From positions 31,682,001-31,746,000 of the forward strand of contig NC_058384.1 of NCBI RefSeq assembly GCF_018350175.1: DNA of 64,000 nt, written 5' to 3'. The position numbers and the translations under genes are program-made. Positions within the stretch are counted from its first letter, which is position 1. Each line of letters opens with the position of its first letter. The notes beneath the pieces were generated by a model. The model saw only the letters and a list, made by a program, of their open reading frames with translations. It was not told where the DNA came from and made no database searches. Below are positions 35,211 through 47,399 of this stretch, piece by piece. The DNA comes from Felis catus. Its lineage: Eukaryota.

Positions 35211-35639
35211 TCTTTTCATTTTTCTAATACATCAAGCTGTCTCCTGCTACAGGGCCTTTGCATAAGCTATTGCCTCTGTCTAAATGCTTCCCCTAACCCT
35301 TTCCCTTCACATTCATGCTTCAAACTTCAAGCATCATATCCCCAGGTAAGTTTTCTCCTTTCCGCCCTCCTCTCCCCTCCCTCCATCTAACAGCAGAACA
35401 CCCACTCATCAGTCTATAAAACATGCATGGCCTCCAGGGAGAGGCTAGGGAATAATGGTAGGTGGGTGGCCAGGGGTGAGTGTGTTTCATTGTATAATTC
35501 TTTTGAATTTTTGAACATGAGTATATTACCTCTTCAGAAATAAACATTCAAAAACAAAAACTAAACATCCACTGTTCTATCTGTCATAGAATCAAGTTCT
35601 GAAATTCAGAACCGCATTTGATTTTAAATTAGACATGCA

Positions 35640-35877
35640 GGTCACCTGGGTGGCTCAATTGGTTAAGCGTCTGACTCTTGATTTTGGCTAACGTCATGAT
35701 CTCATGGCTTGTGGCTGTAAGCCCCGCATGGGGCTCTGCGCTGACAGTGTGGAGCCTGCTTGGATTCTCTCTCTCTCTCCCTCTCTCTCTGCCCCTCCCC
35801 TGCTTGCACTCTCTCTCTCTTTCTCAAAATAAATAAACTTTTTAAAATAATAAATTAATAAATAAACAAGTAAATGA
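35640..35877 (+). mobile_element. Can-SINE
   Basis: TSD aattagacatgca. Confidence 0.96.
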
Positions 35878-36074
35878 ATTAGACATGCATTTGTGTATTT
35901 CATTTATATCTGTGCCCTTCAATGACACATAGGTCACATCCGATCTTACTCATTGTTGTGTCTCCAGCCCTTAGCACTGAGCCAGGCATGGAGAACTCAA
36001 CTCTTTGTTGAATTATTATCATTGGAAGGACTCTTTGAAACTCGTCAGCAGGACAGTTATAACTAGTGTTGCTC

Positions 36075-36230
36075 TCTAGCACAGTGATCCTTTTAACTTT
36101 TTATAAGGATTTTCTCTACTTTTGAAATCTGATGAAAACTCTAGACCTTCCCCCCAGAAAAGAGCACACATACCTGGTCTCGGGACCTTTAAGGACCCTC
36201 TGAACCCACCAGTGGTCCCCAGGTTAACAA
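36075..36230. mobile_element. hAT-Charlie MITE fragment
   Basis: gaaatctgatgaaaact...cccagaaaa...ccccaggttaac; a related fragment lies at ~1405-1540. Confidence 0.5.
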
Positions 36231-37985
36231 CAGCCTTGCCTCCCCTCAAGGCAAGCCTTGCCTCCCCTGGAGTAAGCATACTGTCACTTTTGGCACAGTG
36301 CGGGGAGTGGTGCTTCCAGGGTGTCTGGCAGTTGGCTAAAGGATGGGAGGCAATCGAGGGTGGTCCCTGGAGGTGACAGCCTTCCACATGGCTAGGGAAC
36401 AGGAAGGCTTGGCCTTCAGGCTTGCTTGCTTTGGCTTGCTCTTGAGATCCCTCAAGATTTCCCTGCAGCTGATGAAGTCAACTGGGCCTGAGAGCAGCTG
36501 CGTGGCCTGACTGTGCGGGTGGGAGATGGGTGCCGTCCAACCCCCAGCTCGGCTTGAGTCAGCTGCGGGTCTCTCCCTCGGCTGGAGCGGGCTGATATGG
36601 GGTGTGGCCGCCATGAATGGAGCGGAGTAAGCAACTGGCCTCTTTCAGCAAATAAAGCTTTCTCTTTGGAGGAGCCCCGCTCAGCAGAACAGGGGATTTT
36701 TTTATTTTAATCCTGGGGTTTGAGACCAAAGCCCCGCCTTTTCCTCTCTACGTTTCCTGCAGAACTTCAAGGGTGGTAGGTAAACAGCACAAGATGTGAT
36801 TGTTCCCCTTTTAACAGGGCTTACTCTTGAGATTTCACAAGCCTTAATTATGAAGGTGAAAAGGCATAGTACTTGATTTACATGCACAACCCTAATCCCC
36901 AAGACTCACCTTTCTCTCAGAGAAATGGAAAAACCAACTCCAAACCTCCCTAATCTGCCCTGAGTTCTCTGGTCCCAAGGGAAGACAACAACTCATGTCC
37001 CACGCCCATCTAGGATTCTCTAAGACCAGGCTCATGTCTGTGTCACAAAGCATCTAAATTTGGACTCTCAGAGATGTACCCTAAAGCAACGGGCTTGCTC
37101 AGCTCCCAAAAGAGGGCAGTTAAGATGTAGTCTGAGTTCAGTCTGAGTTCCCTTCCACCACATTCTATCCTCTTTCCTAACAAAAAATTTAATACACTCA
37201 TCTGTGTGTCCATCTTTCTCTACAATAGCAGTTCTCAAACTTTTTGGTCTCAGGACCCTCCCTTCCTGCCCCACCCCCCCACTTTAGACTCTTAAAAACT
37301 GAGGACCCAAAGACCCAGAATAGCCAACACAATATTGAAGGAGTAGAACAAAACTGGAGGATTGACACAACCCTACTTCAAGACTTACTCTAAAGCTATA
37401 AAATCAGGATGGTGTAGTAGTTGTGAAAGGACAGATAAGTGGAACAGAAGAGAGAGCCCAAAAATAGACACACATAAATACAGTCGACTGATCTTTGACA
37501 AAGAAGCAAAGGCAATACAGTGGGGCAAAGACAGCTTTTTCACAAGGGGTGCCAGACGACTGGACATCCACGTGCAAAAAAAGAATCCAGAAACAGACTT
37601 TACGCCCTCACAAAAAGTAACTAAAAATGGATCACAGACTTAAATGTAAAATGCAAAACTTTTAAACTCCCAGAAGACAACAAGGGAGAAAACCTAGATG
37701 ACCTTGGGTATGGCCGTGACTTTTTAGAGACAACACCAAAGATGCAAACCATAACAGAAAGAATTCATAAACTGGATTTCATTAAAATTTCCTACTCTGT
37801 GAAAGACACTGTCAAGAAGACGAGAAGACAAGCCACAGACTGGGAGAAAATATTTTCAAAACACACATCTGATAAAGGACTGTTTTCCAAAACGCACCTC
37901 ACCCAGGAAGAAGACAAAGAAGCACATGAAAAGGTGCTGCACATCATATGTCATCAGGAAAATGCAAATTAAAACAACAATGAGA

Positions 37986-38208
37986 GGGGTGCCTGGACGG
38001 CTCAGTCTACTAACATGGTTAAGCATGTGACTCTTGATTTCGGCTCGGGTCATGATGCTGTGGTTTGTGGGATGAACCCTTGCATCAGGCTCTGCACTGA
38101 CAGCATGGAGCCTGCTTGGGATTCTCTGTCTCCCTCCCTCTCTGCCCCTCCCCCACTCGCCTCTCTTTCTCCCTCTCCCTCAAAATAAATAAATAAACAT
38201 TAAAAAAG
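37986..38208 (+). mobile_element. Can-SINE inside L1
   Basis: TSD ending caatgaga. Confidence 0.94.
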
Positions 38209-38500
38209 AAAAGCAATGAGATACCACTACTCAACTACTAGAACAGCCTCAAACCCCAACACTGTCGATCCCAAATAGTGGTAAGGATGTGGAGTAACAG
38301 GAACTCTCACTCGCTGCTGGTGGAGATGCAACACTTGGGAAGACAGCTTGGCAGATTCTTGCTAAACATCTCTTACCATCCAGGAATCCCTCCTTGGTAT
38401 TCACCCACAGGAGCTGAAAACTTATGCCCACATAAAACCCTGCACACGGATGTTTATAGGGACTTTATTCCTAACTTCCAAACCTTAAAAGCAATCTAGA

Positions 38501-38714
38501 GGGGCACCTGGGTGGCTCAGTCGGTTAAGCGGCCGACTTCGGCTCAGGTCATGATCTTGCAGTCCGTGAGTTCAAGCCCCGCGTCGGGCTCTGTGCTGAC
38601 AGCTCAGAGCCCGGAGCCTGCTTCAGATTCTGTGTCTCCCTCTCTCTGACCCTCCCCCGTTCATGCTTTGTCTCTCTCTGTCTCAAAAGTGAATAGAACG
38701 TTAAAAAAAAAAAA
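38501..38714 (+). mobile_element. Young Can-SINE (SINEC_Fc) inside L1
   Basis: TSD aaaagcaatctaga; CpGs intact. Confidence 0.97.
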
Positions 38715-38810
38715 AAAAGCAATCTAGATATCCTACAGTAGGCAAATGGATAAATGGTGATACACCCAGACAACAGAATATTCTTCAGCACCAACAAGAA
38801 ATGAGCTACA

Positions 38811-39020
38811 GCGGTGCCTGAGTGGCTCAGTTGGTTGAGCGTCTGACTTTGGCTCAGGTCATGATCTCGTGGTTTGTGAGTTTGAGCCCCACATCAGGCA
38901 GGCTCTGTGCTGACAGCTCAGAGCCTGGAGCCTGCCTCAGATTCTGTCTCCCTCTCTCTCTGTTCCTCCCCTCACTCGCACTCTCCCTCTCTCAAAAATA
39001 AATAAACATAATTTTTTTTT
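38811..39020 (+). mobile_element. Can-SINE inside L1
   Basis: TSD aatgagcta. Confidence 0.95.
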
Positions 39021-39304
39021 AATGAGCTATTGAGCCATGAAAAGATGTGGAGGAATCTCAAATACATATTATTTAGTGAAAGAAGCCGATCTGAAGAGCC
39101 TACATACTGTAAGGTTCCAACTATACAACACTCTGGAAAAGGCAAAATTATGGAGGCAGTAAAAAGATCAGTGTTTGCCAGGGGGAGAATGGAGGCAGGG
39201 AGAGATGAATAAGTGGAGCACAGGACTTTTAGGGCAGTGAAAACACTCAGTATGATACCATAATGGTAGATACATATTCTACATTTGTCCTAAAACAACA
39301 CCTT

Positions 39305-39725
39305 ATCTGACTAAGGACAAATCCTCCAAGAGAAACTCAATTATTATAAACCATCTCTCCAGAAGTTTCATCAACCAGGAAAGAGTAACTCATCACAGGA
39401 GAAGAAACTAGAAGGTGATACCCAGACAAACCTGGTCACAAACTATCACAACTCTTCTAAGGGATCATTCATCTTTTCCTAAAAATCACTCACTCCCCAC
39501 TAAAAAGCCTTCTTCCCCCTCCCTTTTCCCTCTTACAATGAATCCTGAATTCCAAGCCACCTCAAAGAGCTATCCATTTTTCCCTGGGTATCTCCCATGC
39601 ATACATGAGTTATATATGTTAATAAACTTGTTTGTTTTTTCTCCTGCTAATCTGTCTTTTACCACAGGGGTCTCAGCTAAGAACTCAGAAAAGTAGAGGG
39701 AAAATTGTTTTTCCTCCCCTAAACA
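39305..39725 (+). mobile_element. MER34-like ERV1 LTR, 5'-deleted, inside L1
   Basis: aataaacttgtttgttttttctcctgctaatctgtc...gggaaaattgtttttcctcccctaaaca terminus. Confidence 0.75.
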
Positions 39726-39987
39726 ATGTAGGTTCATCAGCTGTGACAAATGCACCTCTCTGGTGGGGAATACATGCACAATGGGGAGGCTGTGCATGTG
39801 TGGGGCTGGGGGATCTGTAGGAAATCTCTGTACCTTCTGCTCAATTTTGCTGTGAATCTAAAACCACTCTAAAAAATAAAGCCTCTTAAAAAATTGAGGA
39901 CCCCCAAGTTTTTGTTTATGTGGGTTCTCTCTGTTGATATTTACCACTTTGAGTTTAAAACTGAAAACTAAAAAAAATATATTTCTT

Positions 39988-40097
39988 GGGGGTTCCGGTT
40001 GGCATCTGACTCTTCATTTTGGCTCAAGTCATGATTCCAGGGTCCTGGGATCAAACCCTGCATCGGACTTTGTGCTAAGCATGGAGCTTGCTTAAGA
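39988..40097 (+). mobile_element. Can-SINE 5' part (rest in N run)
   Basis: ggctcaagtcatgattccagggtcctgggatc. Confidence 0.85.
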
Positions 40098-41407
40098 NNN
40101 NNNNNNNNNNNNNNNNNNNNNNNNNNNNNNNNNNNNNNNNNNNNNNNNNNNNNNNNNNNNNNNNNNNNNNNNNNNNNNNNNNNNNNNNNNNNNNNNNNNN
40201 NNNNNNNNNNNNNNNNNNNNNNNNNNNNNNNTTAATTCACTTTAAGATAATGAGCCAATTATATGTTAACATAAAACATTTTTATGAAAAATAGCCATTT
40301 TCAAAACAAAAAAAACAGTGAGAAGAGTGGCATTGTTTTACATTTCCACGCATCTCTGGGCTTAACAGAAGATAGCTGGGCTCTCATATCCAATTCTCCC
40401 ACGTGCAGTGTATTACAGAATCACACATCATGAAGCTTTTGCAAAACACCACTGTATGCTCAGGAAAGCAGAGTAAAGATGGTAAATGATATCTTAGTAG
40501 TATTACGAAAATGGTTTTGCTCATGCAGATCCCCGGAAAGGGTCTCAGGGAGGCCAGTTTGTACAATTTGCCAATTTCTGTGCCCGAACATACCTGAACT
40601 AAGTAAGAGCCCATTAGCTGCTTTCCTGCTAAGAATTGCCCCAGCACCCCCGGGGCCCTTGCTCTATCAGGCTGCTGGGTGGGCCCATGTCTTGTCAGTC
40701 TTTGTGCTGGGCGGCCCAGCACAGTGACCTCACAGACCATCTCCTTGCTCCTGCTGATTGACCAGCAGAGTCCTGAGGACCCGATGCCCCACGCTCCCTC
40801 TCCCCACCTTTGTGTCTTGCTCAGCTGTAGTCAGCACGCAGAGGTCATCTACTGACCCTGTGCACTCTCTAATCTGTTATCTTGCCCAGTATTTGTTCTT
40901 ATGAAATTGAGTTTTTATCTCATTAGATATTTTTTTAAAAATAAGCACTTATGTTTTGCTACACCATAGGCACTAGATGTTTTTGGACAGTATTCTTGTA
41001 TATAAACTGAACTGTGGTATCTCCCAGGACGGGGTCTGTCTCCTGCCTCTGAAGCTTTTTCAGGCGCATGACCAGTCCCCAAAATGGAATCAATTCAAGG
41101 TGTTTGTTCACTGACACAAGACAGTCCCAATAATAGAACTATGAGGGCTGCTGTTTCTTTGTCTAACAAATATATTTCTCTAATTAATTGAACATTTCCA
41201 GTGAGTACTCTGTCATTCCCAGGCAGCTATTTAGTGGAAATAAATAAGAGTTACATTTTATTAAAATCTTTCCCCTTTGGGTATAATAGCTTATGTAACA
41301 GGAATAGTAGAAAGAGTTCAGTTCTCGCAAATAAGAAAAGAAAAGTCATCAAAATCACTTTCAGGGCTTGTATACCTCCTTATTGGAGTAAACAGTGCCT
41401 TTTTCCT

Positions 41408-42363
41408 TGGGAGAAGATATTTGCAAATGACATATCTGATAAAGGGTTAGTATCCAGAATCTATAAAGAACTTAGCAAACTCAACACCCAAAAACCAAAT
41501 AACCCAGTGAACAAATGNNNNNNNNNNNNNNNNNNNNNNNNNNNNNNNNNNNNNNNNNNNNNNNNNNNNNNNNNNNNNNNNNNNNNNNNNNNNNNNNNNN
41601 NNNNNNNNNNNNNNNNNNNNNNNNNNNNNNNNNNNNNNNNNNNNNNNNNNNNNNNNNNNNNNNNAATTAACAACATGAGAACAACAGGTGTTGGTGAAGA
41701 TGTGCAAAAAGGGGAACCCTCTTGAACTGTTGGTGGGGTGTTCTCTCTCTGGAGAATAGACTGGAGGTTCCTCAAAAGACTATAAATAGAACTACGCTAT
41801 GATCCAGCAATGGCACTATTAGGCATTTACCCAAAGGATACAAAAACACAGATTCAAAGGGGTACATGCACCACAATAGCCAAANNNNNNNNNNNNNNNN
41901 NNNNNNNNNNNNNNNNNNNNNNNNNNNNNNNNNNNNNNNNNNNNNNNNNNNNNNNNNNNNNNNNNNNNNNNNNNNNNNNNNNNNNNNNNNNNNNNNNNNN
42001 NNNNNNNNNNNNNNNNNNNNNNNNNNTGACATGGATAGAGCTAGAATGTATTATGCTAAGCAAAATAAGTCAGAGGAAGAGAAATACCATATGATTTCAC
42101 TCATATGTGGAATTTGAGAAACAAAACAGATGAACATATGGAAAGGGAAACAAACCACAAGAGACTCTTAACAACAGAGAACAAACCGAGGGCTGATGGA
42201 GGGAGGTGGGTGAGGGATGAGTGATAGGTATTAAAGAGGGCTTGTTATGATGAGCACTGGGTGTTGTACGTAAGTGATGAATTGTTGAATTCTACTCCTG
42301 AAACCAATATTGCACTATATGTTAACTAACTAAAATTTAAATATTAAAAACAACAACAACAAC
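41408..42363 (+). mobile_element. 5'-truncated carnivore L1 (~950 bp)
   Basis: ORF2 C-terminus plus 3' UTR; perfect 17 bp TSD aacagtgcctttttcct at 41391-41407 and 42364-42380. Confidence 0.96.
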
Positions 42364-42929
42364 AACAGTGCCTTTTTCCTGCCATTGATGGAACTCACAG
42401 TGTGGGCCTCCTGCTGAAAAGTTATTTACTCAGACCTAAAAAGACAACAGAAAATCACATACAATAAGCCTTATAAACCTCATTTTTTAGCTTCATAAAT
42501 TACTGCATCTTTTTCTCGAGAATTTTCTAGATATTCCAAAGGCAAAGCTGTAGATGTCAGGATTTAAGTTCTTTACTTAGAAATTTCTTCTGATTCATTT
42601 TTGGGGAACACATAATGAGCAGTCTAACATTCTGAAGCAACAGGAGTTTAGGTTTTAGTTACAACAGAAAGGACACACATCTAGCAGAATTCAGTCTCAG
42701 GTTTAAAAAAGAAAAGTAGGTCCTTGTCTACTTTTCTTTAAAAAAGAAAAGTAGGTCTGTCTGTCTGTCCACACTACTTCCACAGGACCCCAGACATCTT
42801 GTTTAGATGAATGAAAGAATGTTTTTATAAATCATTTCAGACTTTGTAAGATATAAGGCCAGGAGCTATGTCTCCAGAGTTTTCAAGATCTGATTCTTGG
42901 GAGTTACTAGTTACTACGGATGAAATTCC

Positions 42930-43035
42930 AGCGTGAAAATGGCACAGGCCCAGAGACCTGGGCTCCATCCCTGCTCTGCCACTCACCAGCTACGCAACCT
43001 TGAGCAAGACACCCTGCAAAGCAACCTCATTTACA
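42930..43035 (+). mobile_element. MIR fragment
   Basis: cctgggctccatccctgctctgccactcaccagct...ccttgagcaag. Confidence 0.75.
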
Positions 43036-43429
43036 CATCCCTGCATGGACTCAGCATGCACATGTCCTGGTTTGGGTCCCAAGAGTGCAGAGATCTGTGA
43101 TACTACATCTGCTGTTGGAGGGTCTCCAAGTCAAGCAGAGGCAAACAGACACAAGAATGATGCATTATAACACCCTTGTAGCAAGTACCACAAAAGAACT
43201 GTTTGAGCCCAGGTGTGGGGTAGCTAATGCTCTCTGGGGTGTCTGTGCTGATTTCACAGAGAAGAAAACATCTCACCTGGTCTTGAAGAAGAGGGGAAAC
43301 ATTTTCTACATGAAGGAAGATAAAAGAATTTTTCAGAGGCTATCATAAAAGTTCTGGAATGGTTAATAATTAACTGTAGGTGAAGTGGAATTAAGGGAAC
43401 ATGCCAGTTATTTGCCTATTGGTTTCTCA

Positions 43430-43780
43430 GGTCCACTCTCTGCTCCCCTGCCCTGGTCTGCATCACCACGTGGGGTGAGGGTTGGCCCCCAATGCTCCCT
43501 GGCTTCTGGCTAGATTCGGATAATAAGAGAGACTGTCAAGACATTGAAATGTGGAGGGAGAAGCCAGAGTATTTCTCTCCCATCTCTTGGAGTTGGGTAG
43601 CATCTCAACAGTGACTGGGTCTCCTCCATGGCTGAGGGTGGTCTCCAGCTCCTAAGCTCTAGAGGGGGTGGGCAGCCTCCCGCATGACTCATCTCCAAGT
43701 TCCCTCACCCCGAGTCTCCTGTTCAGCTTCCCAGCTTACCTGTATAAGTTGATTCCTGTGTAACTAAATTCCTGTCAGAA
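43430..43780. mobile_element. Degenerate ERVL/MaLR LTR fragment
   Basis: Recalled similarity only (gggagaagccagagtatttctctccc). Confidence 0.4.
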
Positions 43781-43789
43781 ACCCCTAAA

Positions 43790-44260
43790 AAAGTCGCTGT
43801 GAGATGTAAGTGTGGAGAGAGAGGGAGAGAGAGGAGGAGCATGGCATGAAGAGCCCTTAATGAATGCCAGTCAGGAATTCCAAATTTTACCCCAAGGTTT
43901 AGATCTTTTTAGGGATGCTGAACATACAGGACAGGCCCAAACAGGGAGTTCAGGGGAAGAGGCTGATCTAACAGATGAAGAAGGATGACAATGGCCTGAT
44001 CCAAAGCAGGGGCAAAGAGAAGCCATGTTTGTGAGGCATTTCTGAGATAAAATGCAGAGAAATGGGTTAGAAATGGGTTCCGTGGAAGGGCCGAAGGAGA
44101 GGACAGTGGAGGATGACTCCCAGGTTCATCTGATGACACCAATGGGAGAGGATGAAGGAGAGAAGCAAAGAAGCAAGGATGTGGGTAGGGGGTATATCCA
44201 GGTTGAGGTCCCTTAGGGACAGTCTTAAGAGAGTAGAGGTGAGTCAGAAGACAAGACAAC
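43790..44260 (-). mobile_element. L2 fragment
   Basis: Purine-rich antisense L2 (ggatgactcccagg, gagtagaggtgagtcaga). Confidence 0.65.
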
Positions 44261-45322
44261 TAACATCTCTTCCAGAATAAATGACGTGATTCCTAGGAAT
44301 GGCCACATTTCCTTTTTGGTATATCGATAAGTGGTTTTAAATTGCCCAGGGCATGAAATTTTTTTTTTTTTTACTTCACAAATAATTCAGTTGTCATTTT
44401 AGTGATGGCATTTGACATAATAGGTTTAGATCTATGTCAGGAAAATAAGATCTGGAGAGAGAAGACATCCCTGACAGACAGCAATGGGAAAATTCCTTGG
44501 AGCCAGTATTGAAGTCTGCCCTTCCCACTTATACCTGTGGCTACAGCACAGACCTTGTTTCCTCCCTCCTTGGGATTGAACAGGTGCTGCTTCCCCCAAA
44601 GTAACCCCTGTTCAGCCTCATGTGACCCTCCACACCTTACTAGGTCTGAGATCCTTCCTGCTAATGACTTCTGGGGTCCAGGGGGGTTGATAAGTGTCTA
44701 GCAGTGATGGGGAAGGGTTTGAGGACTGTGGGAGAGGCCTACAGCCTTCCCCAAGGCTCCTTTGTAAGGGAGGGTCCTGAGATCTGCAGAGTCAAGAGAG
44801 GCTGCCTTCTCTCACAAGTGGGACTTACAGGGCCAGGTAACAAGGTGGGGGCACAAAGGCTGGGCAGGAGCCTCAGGATGGTCCTTGAGCCATGGGCAAT
44901 GGAGGGGTAACACTGCACTGGCCAATGAGACCTACCAGTCATAGGGTGGGCTGCTAGAAGGCAAACTGCCCATTTCTCAGCTCTGTTCAGGCTTCACCAG
45001 CATAAGGAGCCAGCTCCCTGATGGATGCTCACATTCAGCAAGAGGGGGCAGGTGCAAGGATGTTATTCCCCAAACCCACCTGAGAGCCAACAAAGTGTCC
45101 TGGGCTAAAATTAAAGGAGAAGAGATGTGGTTAGTAAGGAGGAAAAGTTAAAATGTCAAATCCCAAGACGCAGCAACCCGAGGAGACTCTGGAATCTGTG
45201 CCCTGGCTCAGACAGCCAGGTGCCCACCAGTTAGGATAGGCAGCTCCCTCTCTCAGTCACCTGGCCTTTGAATTCTGAGATTCTGCTCTTCCAAGAAGAA
45301 CAGCTACTACCAGGAAAGTGAA

Positions 45323-45378
45323 AAAAGAAGAAGAGGAGGAGGAGGAGGAGGAGGAGGAGACCAAAGAGGAAGAAGAAT
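45323..45378. repeat. (GAA)n(GAG)n polypurine tract
   Basis: Read directly. Confidence 0.9.
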
Positions 45379-46834
45379 AAAGGCATTTTATCTAGTACAT
45401 TATCCTCATTGCACGAGGGAGAAGTGAGATGGATTTCAAGTGCTTACCAAAGCCTGCATCTTCAATGGCTCAGAAAGATCTTTCCTTGGAAGATGAAACC
45501 CCTCAAGAAAACTGCTCAGCCTCAGCTCCAACCCCTGATCTTCTCTTCCTCTCCACTGTTTCCATGGCTTAACACAACAACAGTGCAACTGCACTGTGAC
45601 CTCTGGGAGAAACTGGTTTTATTTTCATTGACCTTTCACCATGCAGGCTAGACAAAGAGGAAGGGCCTTGGAGAAATACAGAAGTAATGAGGCCATTTTC
45701 CATCAGGCATAATGTGGGAGGGAGACCATGCAGAGGCCAGGTGACACCACAACAGCCAGATAATTTGTGACAACAGCTCACCAAACCCACCACCGATCCA
45801 CGTGACGGCTGGCGTTGGCACTGCAGAAGCAGAAGCAGAAGCAGCGTGTATTTTCTTTTCCTTTTCTTTTCCTTATGCTTTCCCAGAAGAGGGTTTTCTT
45901 GGATACAGGATGAAGGATGTGGGTAAGATTTTAATTCCTGTGAAGAGAAGTATGACTTCTCTCCAAGTTGTCAGGAAACTCCTGGTTCCTTGTTTTCCCG
46001 GGAGTGCAGCAAAGCACCGCTGGTGAAGAAAAGGGGGTTCAAGGGCTGAAGGGCATCCCCGCGCCCTTCCTGGGGCACCCATCTGAAGGTACCCCATGGC
46101 AGCTGCTCCCTGAACATCAGTCTCACTCACAGGGAAGCCTCAGAACCCTCCAGAGTCCACCAGGCTCCAAATGATGCTGAAGCAGACCTTTCAGATTTGC
46201 TCTCAGAAACTTAGACCAAGAGAAAAAAAATAGAGAAAACACTACTGCTCTTGCCACGTGAAAGTTTCTTCTTTAGGAAGCTTTGACTCTATCTCTCTGC
46301 CCCTAGCCTCAGCTCCCACTTTTTCAAAGCCCTCCCTGCTGTCGGGGTTCAGCTCCTGGGCGAGCTCCTAGGGAGAGCTGTCTTCATTGATCCCCAGATA
46401 CTCAGAGCCAGCCCTATGCCTGGCACACAGCACTCAGTGTTGGCTAAATAAGGGACATCTAAGATTAACGTGAGGCCTTATTGGAAAGGGGCTGTCAGAA
46501 GGAGGGCCACGAAGACAACCTAGGACAAATCTGAATGAGGTAGACAGAGGGCAAGGGGACAATATGAAAAGATATGAATGGGACCTAAGGGCTGGAATTG
46601 AATCTGGGTCAGGATTACACGCAGTGAGTCTATGTCTAGGCTCAGAGCCAGCTAATTTACATGCATAGTCTTGTTTTAATCTTGACAGCAGCCCTAAGAT
46701 GTACATACATCATTAGCATCCCCAATTTGTTGAATGAGGAAACTTGGAGAGGTCCTATGGCCAGGAAGCAGTGGAGGCCTTCAGGGGATAAGGAGGAGCT
46801 GGGGGTTCCTCTCTGCTTCTCCAAAGTCTGACAA

Positions 46835-47048
46835 GAGGCAGTGTGGTATGTTGGCTAGCACCATGGACTCTGGAGTCGACCTGCCTAGGCAAAAATCTTG
46901 ATTCTATCCCTGAATAGCTGTATGACTTCAGGCAAGTTACTTGGTCTCTACACTTCGCAGTTTCTTCATCTATAAAATAGTGATAATGATAATGATAATT
47001 ACCTTGTAGAATCTTTAAAGATTAAATAAGTTAATACTTTACATTAAG
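46835..47048 (+). mobile_element. MIR
   Basis: ggactctggagtcgacctgcctagg...tttcttcatctataaaatag. Confidence 0.85.
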
Positions 47049-47188
47049 NNNNNNNNNNNNNNNNNNNNNNNNNNNNNNNNNNNNNNNNNNNNNNNNNNNN
47101 NNNNNNNNNNNNNNNNNNNNNNNNNNNNNNNNNNNNNNNNNNNNNNNNNNNNNNNNNNNNNNNNNNNNNNNNNNNNNNNNNNNNNNNN

Positions 47189-47273
47189 ATCAGTTGTGCC
47201 ACAGACCACATGGCCCAAAGCCTAAAATATTTACTATCTGGTTCTTTACAGAAAAACTTTGCTGATCCCCCTC
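47189..47273. mobile_element. MER58A-like end fragment
   Basis: aaagcctaaaatatttactatctggttctttacagaaaaactttgctgatcccc. Confidence 0.85.
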
Positions 47274-47399
47274 TGCATGAAGAGCTTATAACGGTGGACA
47301 CAGGAAATGCTGTGATGACTATTATTATTATTAAGCATTTGTTCCCAGAGTCCCTCCATCAAGGTCCCCTACCCTGGGGATGACCTGACTGCCTGACAT

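Larger units (their letters stand above)
37309..39885 (+). mobile_element. Old L1 (L1MC-like) 3' ~2.6 kb including nested inserts
   Basis: ORF2 3' and 3' UTR phrases ending ttttgctgtgaatctaaaaccactctaaaaaataaag; imperfect TSD ctcttaaaaa..tgaggaccc. Confidence 0.9.
37226..40552 (+). mobile_element. Charlie1/MER33-like hAT element in three pieces (37226-37308, 39883-39987, 40232-40552)
   Basis: agcagttctcaaactttttggtctcaggacc start; gtgagaagagtggcattgttttacat and aaagggtctcaggg late motifs. Confidence 0.85.
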
